16,254 nucleotides of DNA. Source: Polyangiales bacterium. Its GTDB lineage: Bacteria > Myxococcota_A > Polyangia > Polyangiales > Houyiibacteriaceae. The notes under the pieces are model-generated. The model did no database searches. It saw only the letters and a list, made by a program, of their open reading frames with translations, and was not told the origin of the DNA. Positions 16,218 to 16,254 of this stretch are shown in pieces. Each line of letters begins with the position of its first letter. Position 1 is the stretch's first letter. A program made the position numbers and the translations under genes. The stretch lies in NCBI GenBank assembly GCA_045106895.1, contig JBGCFM010000244.1, positions 1-16,254 of the forward strand. Direction: 5' to 3'.

Positions 16218-16254
16218 ACCCCTGCCCGGCGCAGATTCCGGGACAGAGTTCTGG
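16218..16254 (-). promoter_or_regulatory. Conserved leader of copy B, homologous to 15413-15449
   Basis: CCAGAACTCTGTCCCGGAATCTGCGCCGGGCAGGGGT vs TCAAAACGCTGTCACGGAATCTGCGCCGTGTAGGGGC: 30/37 identical, including a 14-nt perfect core CGGAATCTGCGCCG. Confidence 0.85.

Overview
GC-rich bacterial window. The lipoboxes, acidic 'DAG' linkers and Cys-rich surface proteins suggest Myxococcota (inference only). From left to right it contains: (1) a roughly 850-bp non-coding region packed with hairpins, holding a 424-bp-spaced direct repeat and two large stem-closed three-way-junction elements; (2) a lipid/glutathione metabolism group made of an acyl-CoA oxidase with an extra N-terminal domain, an mPGES-1/MGST1-like MAPEG protein, a cytochrome P450 and a glutathionyl-hydroquinone reductase; (3) a DUF4279-like gene; (4) four lipoproteins, one of which joins TNFR-like Cys repeats to an ALK/LTK-type glycine-rich domain; (5) a DUF819 membrane protein; (6) the most unusual part, at the right end. 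There, two 77%-identical four-helix-bundle (Avd / 23S-IVS-like) genes face each other across a perfect 12-bp hairpin and share a conserved leader. The first is preceded by an inverted copy of its own leader plus first codons, forming a 164-nt fold-back, which runs directly into a 230-bp hexamer array with five regularly spaced 12-nt anchor motifs. No reverse transcriptase, transposase, rRNA, tRNA or CRISPR array is visible. Many genes have a TANNNT box 6-8 nt before the start codon, suggesting leaderless mRNAs. All family calls come from motif recognition by eye; no database search was run.
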